Of a DNA stretch of 64,000 nucleotides, positions 36,866-47,552 are shown in pieces. The notes under the pieces were generated by a model. That model was not told the DNA's origin. It saw only the letters and a program-made list of their open reading frames with translations, and made no database searches. Each line of letters starts with the position of its first letter. Within the stretch, counting starts at the first letter, position 1. The translations under genes were made by a program, and so were the position numbers. Origin of the DNA: a virus; IMG/VR virus record IMGVR_UViG_3300025030_000039, positions 124,878 to 188,877 of that record; one strand, 5' to 3'.

Positions 36866-37360
36866 TTATTGTTTAAACATTTTTATAATACTATCTGTAG
36901 GCATATTATAGATTAAATTTATTAAATAATCTTTTCTTGATTTTAAATCTTCAAAAATAAAATCTCCAAAATAAATTTGTATAAGTGTTATATCTTCGTT
37001 ACGATTTAAATCAATTAAAGAATTATTTTTAAATATTTCCATTTTAGAAGAGTTCAAATAATCTTTTAAATAAAAATTTGATTTATATGCATTTGAGTAT
37101 AATGATTCTTTAATAATCAATACAACATCATTTCCTGAATACAAAAAAGTATTATATTTTTTAATTGTATAAACAGCTTCAAATGGAATTTTTATTGTTG
37201 ATGCATCTTTACTTTTAATATTTAAAGTATCACTTATAATACCAAACATATAAATATTTTCTATTCTATTATTTACTGTTGTTTCATGCGAATATTCATA
37301 TATAAGTACTCCAACTATTATAAGAACTAATAAAATACATAAATATAAAAGATATTTCAT
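36866..37360 (-). CDS. hypothetical protein with N-terminal signal/anchor (164 aa)
   Basis: N-terminus MKYLLYLCILLVLIIVGVLIY. Confidence 0.4.
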   Translation of the reverse strand: MKYLLYLCILLVLIIVGVLIYEYSHETTVNNRIENIYMFGIISDTLNIKSKDASTIKIPFEAVYTIKKYNTFLYSGNDVVLIIKESLYSNAYKSNFYLKDYLNSSKMEIFKNNSLIDLNRNEDITLIQIYFGDFIFEDLKSRKDYLINLIYNMPTDSIIKMFKQ

Positions 37361-37375
37361 TTAATTAAAATTTAT

Positions 37376-37400
37376 ATGTAAATATAATAATAAAGGACCT
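37376..37400 (-). promoter_or_regulatory. conserved upstream motif, instance 1 (plus strand TGTAAATATAATAATAAAGG; coding strand ...TTTATTATTATATTTAC, 18 nt before the ATG)
   Basis: One of six near-identical motifs upstream of minus-strand start codons. Confidence 0.45.
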
Positions 37401-37430
37401 AAAATAAAACTATATAAACATTTATTTATG

Positions 37431-37868
37431 TTAGACATTATTTTCTATTAATTCATCTAATTTTTTACAATAATTATCATACCAAATCTTAACATCTTCT
37501 CTATGTTTGTTTACTAATTCATTATAAGCCTCTCTGCAATCATATTCACTCTTAAATAATTTAAGATCATATTCTGTTCTATGATTAAATGTTAATTGTT
37601 TACTAACTATTTTCCCTCTTTTACCAATTGCATTTAAATTTGAATTTTGACGTAATGCATGAAAATTATTAATAGATTTAAATCTAGCAAGATTAGTTTG
37701 CCAACTATCATTTTTAATTTTTATAATAACTTCAGTCGGTTTTATATGTGTATCTGCTGAAGATTTTTGTTGTCGTTTTGAATATTCGCAAATCCAACAA
37801 ATAAATTGACCATCAATATCGTTATTAAAAAAATCTTTAATTTCGTCAAAAGTAATTAATCCATTCAT
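37431..37868 (-). CDS. hypothetical protein (145 aa)
   Basis: ORF. Confidence 0.4.
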   Translation of the reverse strand: MNGLITFDEIKDFFNNDIDGQFICWICEYSKRQQKSSADTHIKPTEVIIKIKNDSWQTNLARFKSINNFHALRQNSNLNAIGKRGKIVSKQLTFNHRTEYDLKLFKSEYDCREAYNELVNKHREDVKIWYDNYCKKLDELIENNV

Positions 37869-37872
37869 ATTT

Positions 37873-38439
37873 TTAAATTTTATTTTTTAATCTTTTTTCT
37901 TCTCCTTTTAAAACATTTACAACTGATTCAAAATCATTAGTTCTTCTAATCTGAGTCTCTAATTTATTTTTAGCTAAGATAGTATCAACAGATAATGAGT
38001 CTGCAAGTCTTAAATAAGAATCTAACTGTTTAAATATTATAGATGGATTTTTTATAACTATGTTAGTTATATTAAAATCATATGTTTGTTTAAGTTCTTC
38101 AGATGATGATTTAATAAAATTATCAATAAAAGTTTTAAATGTTTCATCTGAAATTAAATCATTATATTTTAAGAATGATCCATAATAAATTAATCTATCA
38201 GAAAAAACTTTTTTAACTTTAATTATAGATAATGAATCTGAATCATAAGTAATATTTATGGAAATATTTTTAAATAATAATGAATCTCTAGTTACAAATC
38301 CTAAACTATCAATTAATAATGTTTTAGATTTATTTAATTCAATGTTTTTACTAGTATTATCATTCTTAAAAAAATATAAGTAAATAAGAAAAACCTGTAG
38401 AATTATAACAATAACTAATAATATTTTTATAGTTTTCAT
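37873..38439 (-). CDS. hypothetical membrane-anchored protein (188 aa)
   Basis: N-terminal transmembrane helix ILLVIVIILQVFLIYLYFF. Confidence 0.4.
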   Translation of the reverse strand: MKTIKILLVIVIILQVFLIYLYFFKNDNTSKNIELNKSKTLLIDSLGFVTRDSLLFKNISINITYDSDSLSIIKVKKVFSDRLIYYGSFLKYNDLISDETFKTFIDNFIKSSSEELKQTYDFNITNIVIKNPSIIFKQLDSYLRLADSLSVDTILAKNKLETQIRRTNDFESVVNVLKGEEKRLKNKI

Positions 38440-38709
38440 ATTTTTTCTCTTTCTAATTTTTCATTTATGGCTTCAGCAATCCAATTACCTACTTCATCTT
38501 GATATTTAGCAGCTGCATCCATATCAATATTTCCTTTTTTATCTTTAAACATATTTTGAATATGTCCCAACCTCTCATTTCAGCAAGCATCTGACTACCA
38601 CCTTTAGGCTCATTTATCCAAAAATATTGTCCACCATATTTATCATAAGTAACTTTTCCGTTAATTAAATCTTTTATTTGCATATTATCTAACAGTAATT
38701 TATTGTAAT

Positions 38710-39165
38710 TTATACTATTTCTGTTTCATGTTCTATACCATATTCATCTATGTAAAATAAATCAACGCCTTCAAATACTAAAAATGAATATTCAGTTTCT
38801 GCTTGTACACCTTCATAAAATTCATTTGCAAAATCTATATTATTTTTTCCTAGATATTCTTCTTTATCTTCATATTCAGATTCTTCAAACATTAGTATAG
38901 ATAAAAATTTACAATCATCCTCTGTTATTTGTTTAGCATCAATATGTTTTTTTATTCTATATTTTTCAAGACTTACTCCCCAATGTCCTGGAGTAGGTTG
39001 TAATTTATTCAATAATAAACAATATCGTTCTAAATAAGGATTATCTAAAGATACTATCACTTCTTTTGATGTATTACCATTAGAATCGCCAATCATATAA
39101 TTATATACTAACATATAATATGGATCATTTTTCTTTTTCTTATTTTTCTCTTTAATTTTTATCAT
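38710..39165 (-). CDS. hypothetical acidic protein (151 aa)
   Basis: ORF. Confidence 0.4.
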   Translation of the reverse strand: MIKIKEKNKKKKNDPYYMLVYNYMIGDSNGNTSKEVIVSLDNPYLERYCLLLNKLQPTPGHWGVSLEKYRIKKHIDAKQITEDDCKFLSILMFEESEYEDKEEYLGKNNIDFANEFYEGVQAETEYSFLVFEGVDLFYIDEYGIEHETEIV

Positions 39166-39166
39166 T

Positions 39167-39484
39167 TTATTTTGTGTTTTTTAATAGTTGTGATAATTTT
39201 ATTATTTCATTTTTAGTTTTTATAATTAGTAATTTTTTATTTTCAATTAAAGTTAAAATATCATTCTGATTATTCCATTCTTTAATTGCTGCTATTTTAC
39301 AAGCATTAATTTTTACTTTATTATCGCATTGTTTATTTTTACATTGTGCACTTGATATAAAACCATATTTATCTGCATATTCATAAATATGAATATCATC
39401 ATTTCCACATTTAATACATTTTGCTACATAATGTTCAACTATTTCTTCAGTCGATGGTATTAGTACATTTTGTTTGTATATCAT
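39167..39484 (-). CDS. hypothetical Zn-ribbon protein (105 aa)
   Basis: CIKCGN...CKNKQCDN. Confidence 0.4.
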   Translation of the reverse strand: MIYKQNVLIPSTEEIVEHYVAKCIKCGNDDIHIYEYADKYGFISSAQCKNKQCDNKVKINACKIAAIKEWNNQNDILTLIENKKLLIIKTKNEIIKLSQLLKNTK

Positions 39485-39497
39485 AACTCATTTTTAT

Positions 39498-40394
39498 TTA
39501 ATTTTCACTAATTTCTATAAATATTTCGTTAACTTGTGGAAAATCTTCTTTAATATGTAATTTGATGTGATCAACTGTATCTTCTATTTTGTATCCTCTT
39601 GTAAAATCTCCCACACTTATAGATAATAATAATAAATATTGATTTTTTCCCATAGTCATCGTTTTAATTCTATTAATACGATGAACCTCAACATTATCGT
39701 TAATTATTTCTTTAATTTTATTTCTATCTTCTCTTGGCATACTTTCACCTATTATTAGTTTTCTGAGTTCATTAGTTAGTGAAATAGCAACATAAGCTAA
39801 AATAAGTCCAATTATAATACTACCAATTGCATCAAATATAGGATTAAACAATGAAAGAATTGTACATATTAAAGCAACTATTAAACCAGTCAATGCTGCA
39901 GCATCTTCTAATAATATAACAATTAAATTTATATCTATTGATTTTTTAATTTCTTTAAATAAATTTCCCTTTGAAGTTTTTCTAAATTGATTATATGCAA
40001 CTAAAAAAGTTTTAGATTCAATAATAACTGAAATTCCTAATACTCCAATAGCCCACCAAAAAAATTCAATTGGTTGTGGATTAGCTAATTTATGAAATCC
40101 TTCATATACTGAAAATGTTGCTCCTACGAAGAATAACAAAATAGCTACCATAAAGGCCCAAAAATATTCTTCTCGACCATAACCAAAGGGATGTTGTTCA
40201 TCACTAGGCTTTTTTGATCTTTTACTTCCTATAAGAAGAAATATTTGATTTAAACAATCTGCAGTTGAATGTATTGCTTCGGCCAACATTGATGCACTTT
40301 TTGTAAAAAATGCTGCTACAAATTTGCATATTGCTATTGTTGTATTTCCGACAAGTGCAGTAATTACTGCTTTTGTTGAATTATCATGACTCAT
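39498..40394 (-). CDS. cation diffusion facilitator (CDF) family transporter
   Basis: HSTADCLNQIFLLIG...DEQHPFGYGREEYF signature; six predicted transmembrane segments plus a C-terminal cytoplasmic domain. Confidence 0.7.
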   Translation of the reverse strand: MSHDNSTKAVITALVGNTTIAICKFVAAFFTKSASMLAEAIHSTADCLNQIFLLIGSKRSKKPSDEQHPFGYGREEYFWAFMVAILLFFVGATFSVYEGFHKLANPQPIEFFWWAIGVLGISVIIESKTFLVAYNQFRKTSKGNLFKEIKKSIDINLIVILLEDAAALTGLIVALICTILSLFNPIFDAIGSIIIGLILAYVAISLTNELRKLIIGESMPREDRNKIKEIINDNVEVHRINRIKTMTMGKNQYLLLLSISVGDFTRGYKIEDTVDHIKLHIKEDFPQVNEIFIEISEN

Positions 40395-40404
40395 TTTTAT
40401 TTAA

Positions 40405-41754
40405 TTAAGAATTAGCATCATATTCAGGATTAATATATTTAACAGAAATAGTATTTTCATATTTACTACGAATTACAATACCTTCTATAATTTGATTCGT
40501 ATTCTCTTTTATTTCTTTAAAATAATTATTACATTTTGCAATTAAAGTATCATAATCAAAAATACCTTCAAATAATTCTGATGTATATTCAAAATTATAT
40601 TTTTCACAAAAGTCTTTTAAATTATGAGATTGTCCGTAATGAATTCTAGTTGAATGTCCAGATGATAAATCATCTATACCAAAGAAAATAACTTTAGATT
40701 CCGATAATTTTGCATCAATATTTAATTTATTTCCAGATCCTTTATTTCCAGCACCTATTAATTCTCCTCTAAGTGCTAATTGAACATTATTTTCTTTACA
40801 ATATTCTAAAAGTTTATCTAAATATCCATATTTTTTTGTTGTATCTACCCATGAATCTCTAACTTCTGTTAATATAGATTCAAATTTAATTGAAGCTTCA
40901 TCATTTGTAAAAAATTCATTTGTAATATCATTCATCCAACCTTTTGTAAATTTTTCTTTATCAAAGTGCTGTCTTAGTATAACTCCATCTTCTGTTTTAT
41001 ATCCAGTAACTATTTCTTGATCAAGTTTCTTTTCTTGATTTCTAGTGCATATACCTACTAAATATTCTTCCGGATTTATTGGATTTTTTCTACAATATAA
41101 AGTAATAGAAGATCCATCTCGTTTAATGGTTCCACTAACTATAACAGATTTTTCAAAGGATTTGTTAATATGTTCTTTTAACATTTCTAATCTTGATTCA
41201 TCAGTTTTATACATAAAAGAAGGAAAATCTCCCTTCTGCAATCCGCTATTTTGTGAACCTTCTAATGAATCATCAGCAACATATTTTGTTATATTTAGTT
41301 CTGTTTGTAAATCAAAATTTTCAGGTAATTCATTAATTAAATTAACTGGTAATACAATATGAATTGGTAAAATTATACCATTACTATATATCGGATCAGT
41401 ATTATTTTCAAATCTAAAATTGAATTTTAATGCTCTTATACGACCCTTTTTACCTAGACGAGATTTTTTTAAATCTCCACCTGGTCTCCAATATTCTTTA
41501 AATATATCGGTATCAGGAATACAATAATCAGGTTGAATATAAACAACTTTTTCACCTATTTCATAAAGTCCTTTTCCAACAATAATATTAAATTCACAAC
41601 TATTGCCGTCAGTATCTTTAACTCTAGCAACTTGTATCATATTTGCTTCAATTCCTTCTTTAAATATAGGAATTAATTTTTCAATAATAACAAAATCTAC
41701 AGGTTTCATAACATTTAAAATAAAAAATAGTAAATAAGAATAGGTATAATACAA
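40405..41754 (-). CDS. ATP-dependent nucleotidyltransferase, RNA/DNA-ligase-like (KxDG motif I)
   Basis: GTIKRDGSSITLY is a motif I candidate; GELIGAGNKGSGNK are motif IV/V candidates; assignment is tentative. Confidence 0.35.
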   Translation of the reverse strand: MYYTYSYLLFFILNVMKPVDFVIIEKLIPIFKEGIEANMIQVARVKDTDGNSCEFNIIVGKGLYEIGEKVVYIQPDYCIPDTDIFKEYWRPGGDLKKSRLGKKGRIRALKFNFRFENNTDPIYSNGIILPIHIVLPVNLINELPENFDLQTELNITKYVADDSLEGSQNSGLQKGDFPSFMYKTDESRLEMLKEHINKSFEKSVIVSGTIKRDGSSITLYCRKNPINPEEYLVGICTRNQEKKLDQEIVTGYKTEDGVILRQHFDKEKFTKGWMNDITNEFFTNDEASIKFESILTEVRDSWVDTTKKYGYLDKLLEYCKENNVQLALRGELIGAGNKGSGNKLNIDAKLSESKVIFFGIDDLSSGHSTRIHYGQSHNLKDFCEKYNFEYTSELFEGIFDYDTLIAKCNNYFKEIKENTNQIIEGIVIRSKYENTISVKYINPEYDANS

Positions 41755-42077
41755 CCAACAGTAACTCCAACTACTTCTACCATTAAATGAGTACTTGGTT
41801 TAACTGAAAAACATTTTTCAAAAAGTAATGCTACAAATATTCCAGCAAAAGCTCCAATAATATCTGAAAATGTATTTCCAATCATACTAGATAATAATGG
41901 ATTATCTTCAGGCTTAAGAAAAGGATTAATATCCATTCCTATAGCTAAAAATCCATTATCTATTATTCCAAAAACTGTCATAAATAACATTCCTGCTATA
42001 AAACTTACAACTTTATCTTTTGTAGTTAATCTTATTGTTTTTCTAGTCATATTTTTAAAATAAATAAATGAGCACAA
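41715..42077 (-). CDS. small integral membrane protein (120 aa)
   Basis: About three hydrophobic helices. Confidence 0.4.
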   Translation of the reverse strand: MCSFIYFKNMTRKTIRLTTKDKVVSFIAGMLFMTVFGIIDNGFLAIGMDINPFLKPEDNPLLSSMIGNTFSDIIGAFAGIFVALLFEKCFSVKPSTHLMVEVVGVTVGCIIPILIYYFLF

Positions 42078-42094
42078 ATATTTGTGCTCATTTA
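42067..42094 (-). terminator. perfect hairpin AAATGAGCACAAA-TAT-TTTGTGCTCATTT followed by a T-rich run on the minus strand
   Basis: 13-bp stem; lies 3' of the gene 42103-42474. Confidence 0.55.
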
Positions 42095-42102
42095 AATTTT
42101 GT

Positions 42103-42474
42103 TTATTTTCTCAATTTTTCAAGATCTTCAATTGACATCTCTTCAAGCTTTTTATCTTTTTTACTTGCAATTAAAGCATCAATTTTTTGATTATGAATTT
42201 TAGCTTCTGCTGCATCTCTTGATTCATCTGATTCTTTCTTTTTAGAAAGATAAACGTCTTTTAAAATATCAAAACGAAGTTGATTTTCAACATCTACAAC
42301 TTTTGCATCTTCTAAGAATGATAATTCATCATCATCAGTCTTCTTTAATACTTTTTTAACTGCTTTAATTGAATTTGATAATTCAGTCTGATTTAAATGC
42401 CATAATTGCTCAACACTTAATAGACCTTTACTTGTTTGGAATCTTAATCCTAATTTACTCGCTTGTTTGTACAT
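42103..42474 (-). CDS. hypothetical protein (123 aa)
   Basis: ORF. Confidence 0.4.
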   Translation of the reverse strand: MYKQASKLGLRFQTSKGLLSVEQLWHLNQTELSNSIKAVKKVLKKTDDDELSFLEDAKVVDVENQLRFDILKDVYLSKKKESDESRDAAEAKIHNQKIDALIASKKDKKLEEMSIEDLEKLRK

Positions 42475-42493
42475 AAAATTAATTATTAATCGT

Positions 42494-44617
42494 TTAAAAC
42501 TTTATTTTAATTACTCTTTTAAATGAGCCTTGTAATCTTACAATAAGTTCATCTCGAACTGTTGCATTAAAACCTAAGCCTGATAATTGTTTTTCAGATG
42601 GTTCAATCATTGTTGTATTTCCTAATACTTCAAGAACTTTTCGATGATTTGCTAATTCTGGAATTAAATTTTCTGTATGAAAACTTCTAATAGATGTAGG
42701 AGATTTACAACCATCTAACATGAAAAAGAAATGTTTATTTCCAACTTCATTACCGTCCCAGTGATTAGGACTTAAACATACTAAATTTACTTTATGGAAT
42801 TCATTTGTTTGTAAACCATATAGTTCTTTAGATACAGAATTACCTTCTATTACAGGTAATAAATGTTTAATAGTAAAATATCCATTCTTTAAAGTTACTT
42901 CGGCAATTTGAATTTTTCCTTGAGCGTTTCCTTTATACTCATAAATATAAGATTCTCCTTCAAATTCTATTTCAGCTTTAAATCCTGTATTCTTTCCGGC
43001 ATTAAAATTATGATTAAAGAATTTATAAACACCGTCTTTCATTTTAAATTTATCTATCCATGTAATATTTTCAACTCCTAATGTACGTGGACTGATCATA
43101 TCGATATCTAATTCACCAGACATGGTGGTTAAACCTCCACGTCCTTTTCTATATGAACCATAATATATTTCAGTTCCATTTGGTTCAATAGCATGAACAT
43201 CAAAATCACAAATACTCCTGCCATCTTCATTCCAAGATATAGAACATCTTAATACGGCATCAATTCGACCTCCAGCATCTTTAACAGCTTCTTTAATCAT
43301 AGATTTACCGGCTAAATTTCCATTAAATGTCCAACTATAATTATTTGACCATTTAAATATTGGTTTACTTTCTTTAATATTTGCTGTTGTAAGTGAAGAC
43401 ATATTTCCATTATGATCATTTGATAAATATGCTTCAACTGAAGTACAATTTGGAAGTATATCTTGCATAAATTTATCAATAGATACTTCTTCAATTCCAT
43501 CAAATTCACTTCTTTTATGTCTTGTGGAAGTTGATTTAACAGTATCAAATATAGATACTGCTTTTAATTTTCCATCTCCAACATTAATATGTTTGATTTC
43601 AGAAGCTTTAATATCATCGATATTAGCAAATCTTCTATCAAAAGATTCAGTATATCCATTTTCTTCAACAAAAATACGAGCTTCTTCAATTTGTTTTTTT
43701 GTAATTGGAGCCGTTGTTTTCATGTAATTAACTGGATCAACTCTTTTATTCCATGCTTGACATGCGTCATTTAATTCTTTGCCTTCTGCTAATTCGGAAC
43801 ATAATACACCAATAAGCTCATTTTTAAATTTAGCAAATGGTAATTTATAAGAAGCTGTCCAACACCAATTATTTCTTTTCCCTGAAGGTAATTCATCATA
43901 TTGTTTTTTCAATGGAATGAATTGTTCAATTTTGTATAAATGTGTTTGTCCATCAAGCAAGCTTCCTTGAATGATAAGATCTTTTACCAAATTTAATGTA
44001 TCAATGGAAATTTCTTCCATAGCACGTTGAAATACGTTTTTTGAATCTCGATATTCACCCATAATAGATTCAATAGATTTACTACCCATATCAACAAACT
44101 GCTTAGGTAAAAATAAATGAAAATGATTAAAGGTTCTTATTTCATTTTGTTTAACGACACCATATTTTTCTGCTTCTTCTTTGGTATATCGTTTTACGTT
44201 TTTATCAATACCTAATTTAAATAAAGTATTAGTTTTAGATATACTTTCGTAAGGAAGAGAATTTAATTCATTAAATGTTTCAAAAAATACTTCTGCAACA
44301 TTAGCATTTTTAAGTGCATCTGATATTGCTTTAGCTGATGCAGAATATTCTTCTGAAGCTTCAACATCAAACATTGTAATAATATTATAATCTTCATCGA
44401 TAGATACAATATTACCGTATCTACGAATAAAATTATTACATAAAGTACAATTATGATAAGTACTTTGAGGGTCTCTAAAAATTGGATTATGTTCTTTTGG
44501 GAATGCATTAATATATAAATCCCATACTTGTTGTCCAGATAAAGAACTTCTAAACAACTTTCCAGTAGAACACATTTTTTCAAATTGCTCCTGTATTAAT
44601 TTTTTAAATTCTATCAT
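42494..44617 (-). CDS. large hypothetical protein (707 aa)
   Basis: Long ORF with protein-like composition; no motif recognised. Confidence 0.5.
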   Translation of the reverse strand: MIEFKKLIQEQFEKMCSTGKLFRSSLSGQQVWDLYINAFPKEHNPIFRDPQSTYHNCTLCNNFIRRYGNIVSIDEDYNIITMFDVEASEEYSASAKAISDALKNANVAEVFFETFNELNSLPYESISKTNTLFKLGIDKNVKRYTKEEAEKYGVVKQNEIRTFNHFHLFLPKQFVDMGSKSIESIMGEYRDSKNVFQRAMEEISIDTLNLVKDLIIQGSLLDGQTHLYKIEQFIPLKKQYDELPSGKRNNWCWTASYKLPFAKFKNELIGVLCSELAEGKELNDACQAWNKRVDPVNYMKTTAPITKKQIEEARIFVEENGYTESFDRRFANIDDIKASEIKHINVGDGKLKAVSIFDTVKSTSTRHKRSEFDGIEEVSIDKFMQDILPNCTSVEAYLSNDHNGNMSSLTTANIKESKPIFKWSNNYSWTFNGNLAGKSMIKEAVKDAGGRIDAVLRCSISWNEDGRSICDFDVHAIEPNGTEIYYGSYRKGRGGLTTMSGELDIDMISPRTLGVENITWIDKFKMKDGVYKFFNHNFNAGKNTGFKAEIEFEGESYIYEYKGNAQGKIQIAEVTLKNGYFTIKHLLPVIEGNSVSKELYGLQTNEFHKVNLVCLSPNHWDGNEVGNKHFFFMLDGCKSPTSIRSFHTENLIPELANHRKVLEVLGNTTMIEPSEKQLSGLGFNATVRDELIVRLQGSFKRVIKIKF

Positions 44618-44641
44618 TTTTACTATATTTAATTAATTAAA

Positions 44642-44670
44642 GGTAAATATAATAAAAAAGTTTTAATTAT
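44642..44670 (-). promoter_or_regulatory. conserved upstream motif, instance 2 (GGTAAATATAATAAAAAAGTTTTAATTAT), about 23 nt before the ATG at 44617
   Basis: Motif family. Confidence 0.45.
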
Positions 44671-44969
44671 TATAATTTTTCGAAACATTTTAAAATAATA
44701 GAACATTTTTCATATTCTTCTATTTCAATATAATAGTTCTTTAGTTCTTCCAAAATTATATTCCAATTATTTCTATGACATTTTATTTGCATAAGTTTAG
44801 ATCCTTTTAATTCTAAATAAAAAATAGGCATTAATAAAATATCATTATTTATTCCATAGATAATAGCGTTATATAAATTATTATATAACAAATCTTTATT
44901 AGCAGTTAATTGGCCAAAAGCTTCATTAACTGTATTGCAGTTCATAAGTTTAAAAGTAGATAATTGCAT
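44670..44969 (-). CDS. hypothetical protein (99 aa)
   Basis: ORF. Confidence 0.35.
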   Translation of the reverse strand: MQLSTFKLMNCNTVNEAFGQLTANKDLLYNNLYNAIIYGINNDILLMPIFYLELKGSKLMQIKCHRNNWNIILEELKNYYIEIEEYEKCSIILKCFEKL

Positions 44970-45812
44970 TTATTTTTTTATTTTTTGTAGCTTTTCAAAT
45001 AAAATTCTTTCTTCTTTAGATATAGATTCTGGAATTATTATTTGTACATTTATTATTAAGTCTCCTGTTTGTAAAGGATTTTCCATTAATGGCATTCCTT
45101 TACCATGAATTCTAAATTTTTTATTATTTGGAGTACAAGATGGTATTTTAATTTTTAATTTATTTTCGAATGTTTCTATTTCAACATGGCCCCCTAGTAT
45201 TGCAGTATATAAATCTACCTCTAAATTATAATAAAGATCTAAATTATTAACATTAAAATTTTTATCACTTATAACATGAACTATTACAATTAAATCTCCA
45301 TTATTAGGTGTTCCTTTTCCACCATATCCTTTAAATCTCAATTTGGTATTATCTCTAACACCTTTCTTAATATTAACGGAGTGTTGTTCACCTCCTGCAT
45401 ATACATTTTTATATATACCATTAAAAGCTTCTTTAAGTGTTAAATATACATCTACATGATAATCTTGTCCCTGCCCATTCCAAGCACTAGCAAAAATACT
45501 ATCAAAAATATCAGATGCATTAATATTATCCCATGACTCACGATTATAGAAATCTTTCATGAAATCATCATAAACATAATATCTATTAGCACCTTCAAGA
45601 TCATATTTATTTCTTTTATCTGCATCACTTAATATAGAATATGCTGAAGTAATTTCTTTAAATTTATCTTCAGCTTCTTTATCTTTATTTTTATCGGGAT
45701 GCCATTTAAGAGCTAATTTTCTGTAAGCTTTTTTTATTTCATCTTGGGTTGCATTTTTATCTATCTCTAATATGTCATATAAACTTTTATCCACCCTTCC
45801 TTTATTTTTCAT
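44970..45812 (-). CDS. DnaJ-family co-chaperone, type II (J domain plus DnaJ C-terminal domain, no Zn-finger repeats)
   Basis: [31 protein letters not shown] with the HPD motif. Confidence 0.8.
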   Translation of the reverse strand: MKNKGRVDKSLYDILEIDKNATQDEIKKAYRKLALKWHPDKNKDKEAEDKFKEITSAYSILSDADKRNKYDLEGANRYYVYDDFMKDFYNRESWDNINASDIFDSIFASAWNGQGQDYHVDVYLTLKEAFNGIYKNVYAGGEQHSVNIKKGVRDNTKLRFKGYGGKGTPNNGDLIVIVHVISDKNFNVNNLDLYYNLEVDLYTAILGGHVEIETFENKLKIKIPSCTPNNKKFRIHGKGMPLMENPLQTGDLIINVQIIIPESISKEERILFEKLQKIKK

Positions 45813-46080
45813 CGAAATAACATAAAAAATTGTTTCTTACATATACATACTGTATAAAACCTTCTAAATCACTAGCTATAATAAATATAGATTCTTCTAT
45901 TTCTCCGTTTGATTTTTCTTCGGCAACATTCATAAACCATTTATCAGAATTTTCCCACCACAAATGAACAGTATTTCTACCTTTATCTTTTTTGAGATAT
46001 CCTTTTTTAGATTTATTGCCTATATTATTTATGAATTCTCGTTGAGTTCCATTAAACTTTTTCAGATTCGTTAATTTCAT
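45802..46080 (-). CDS. hypothetical protein (92 aa)
   Basis: ORF. Confidence 0.3.
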   Translation of the reverse strand: MKLTNLKKFNGTQREFINNIGNKSKKGYLKKDKGRNTVHLWWENSDKWFMNVAEEKSNGEIEESIFIIASDLEGFIQYVYVRNNFLCYFDEK

Positions 46081-46402
46081 CTTTTATTTCAGTTAGTTCG
46101 TTAATAGGTATAACTTGATTAATAAATTTACTTATTTCTTCTATATGATTTTTAACTTCTTGAATATCAACAAAAGTATATTTACCACTTTTAATATGAC
46201 TTTGAATTTCAGATATATTCATTCCTTCTTTTTTCATTTTTCTGAATTCTAATATATCCTTTTTCTTTTGTGATGTAACATCTTTTTCTTTAAATGCAAT
46301 ATCTTTTTCTAATGCACTAGCTATTCTTTCTAATGCTGTTACTGCTCTAGGGAAATCTGTGTTAAAAAACTTTTCTCCCATTCGTGTTTTGTGAAATTCC
46401 AT
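46052..46402 (-). CDS. hypothetical protein (116 aa)
   Basis: ORF. Confidence 0.35.
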   Translation of the reverse strand: MEFHKTRMGEKFFNTDFPRAVTALERIASALEKDIAFKEKDVTSQKKKDILEFRKMKKEGMNISEIQSHIKSGKYTFVDIQEVKNHIEEISKFINQVIPINELTEIKDEINESEKV

Positions 46403-46415
46403 ATTTTAGATATTT

Positions 46416-46447
46416 AAAATAAATATAATAATAATGTTTTTAAAAAA
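46416..46447. promoter_or_regulatory. conserved upstream motif, instance 3 (AAATAAATATAATAATAATGTTTTTAAAAAATT), in a divergent intergenic region
   Basis: Motif family; 10 nt from the minus-strand ATG at 46402. Confidence 0.4.
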
Positions 46448-46546
46448 TTAATTTTTATATATATCACGGCGAAACTATTTCTGTTTTTCTAATATAAAAT
46501 TTACAGCTTAAGAGTTGGAGTAATGTATATTTAAAGCGGATCTGTT

Positions 46547-47119
46547 ATGGCAATATTAACAAAATCGGAAATATTTAGACTAGGTTTTAAATCTGTTGGA
46601 GAGAATGTTTATATCTCAGACAAAGCTAGTTTTTACGGAACACGAAATATAGAACTAGGTAATAATGTAAGAATTGACGATTTCGTCGTTATCTCAGCTG
46701 GAGAAAAAGGAATTCAAATCGGTAATTATATTCATATAGGTGTTCAATCTTCTTTAATAGGACAAGAACATATTCTATTAAATGATTTTTCTAATATATC
46801 TTCTAAAGTAGCAATTTATAGTTCTAATGACGATTATAGTGGCCAGACTATGAGCAATCCTATGATACCGAACGAATATAAAAATGTTTATCATGCTGGA
46901 GTTTATATTGGAAAACATGTAATAATTGGATGTGGAAGTGTTATATTGCCAGGTTCATATATTGGCGATTCATCAGTTATTGGAGCATTATCTATAGTTA
47001 AAGTAAATAGTAGTATTCCTGATTTAGAAATATGGGCAGGTATTCCAGTTAAATATATTAAGCCTAGAGATAAAAATCATTTATTATTAGAAGAAAAATT
47101 TATGACTTCTAATATATAA
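46547..47119 (+). CDS. hexapeptide-repeat (left-handed beta-helix) acyl/acetyltransferase
   Basis: Isoleucine-patch repeats NVRIDDFVVISAGEKGIQIGNYIHIGVQSSLIG. Confidence 0.7.
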   Translation: MAILTKSEIFRLGFKSVGENVYISDKASFYGTRNIELGNNVRIDDFVVISAGEKGIQIGNYIHIGVQSSLIGQEHILLNDFSNISSKVAIYSSNDDYSGQTMSNPMIPNEYKNVYHAGVYIGKHVIIGCGSVILPGSYIGDSSVIGALSIVKVNSSIPDLEIWAGIPVKYIKPRDKNHLLLEEKFMTSNI

Positions 47120-47132
47120 ATAAAATGTTACA

Positions 47133-47549
47133 GTGAAACATATAAAGGAATATGAAGATTTTGTTTATGAATTTAGATCAACTAGATTAATAAGAAATAC
47201 AGGATCTAAATTTATAAACAAATTTAAAAATAATGTACCAAGTATTAGAGATTTTAATGGAATATCACTTGTTAAAAATCTTATTGATAATTATGAAACA
47301 CGAAATAAAATAACTAAAGTTTTATTAAAAACAGAAGATAAAGATAAAATAAAAGATTTAAAAGACGATTTAAATGATAATAAAGATGAACATACTAAAA
47401 TATCTGATAAAATTAAAACTAATACTGAAAAATTATCTTCATCTAATAAAAAAGTATCCGATAAGGATAAAGATAAAATTACAGAAATGAAAAAGAAAAT
47501 TCAAAAAATACAAGATGAATTTAAAAACATAAAATCTAAAAATAAATAA
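47133..47549 (+). CDS. MKYIK-N-terminal family protein (138 aa, Lys/Asp-rich)
   Basis: N-terminus MKHIKEYEDFVYEF. Confidence 0.5.
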   Translation: MKHIKEYEDFVYEFRSTRLIRNTGSKFINKFKNNVPSIRDFNGISLVKNLIDNYETRNKITKVLLKTEDKDKIKDLKDDLNDNKDEHTKISDKIKTNTEKLSSSNKKVSDKDKDKITEMKKKIQKIQDEFKNIKSKNK

Positions 47550-47552
47550 TAT

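Noticed and set aside
38489-38683. 64-aa ORF called in the track
   Set aside because: It lies in a 270-nt stretch between better-supported genes, has odd composition, and does not fit the spacing pattern. It may be a fragment of a frameshifted gene, so I left it unannotated as a confident CDS.
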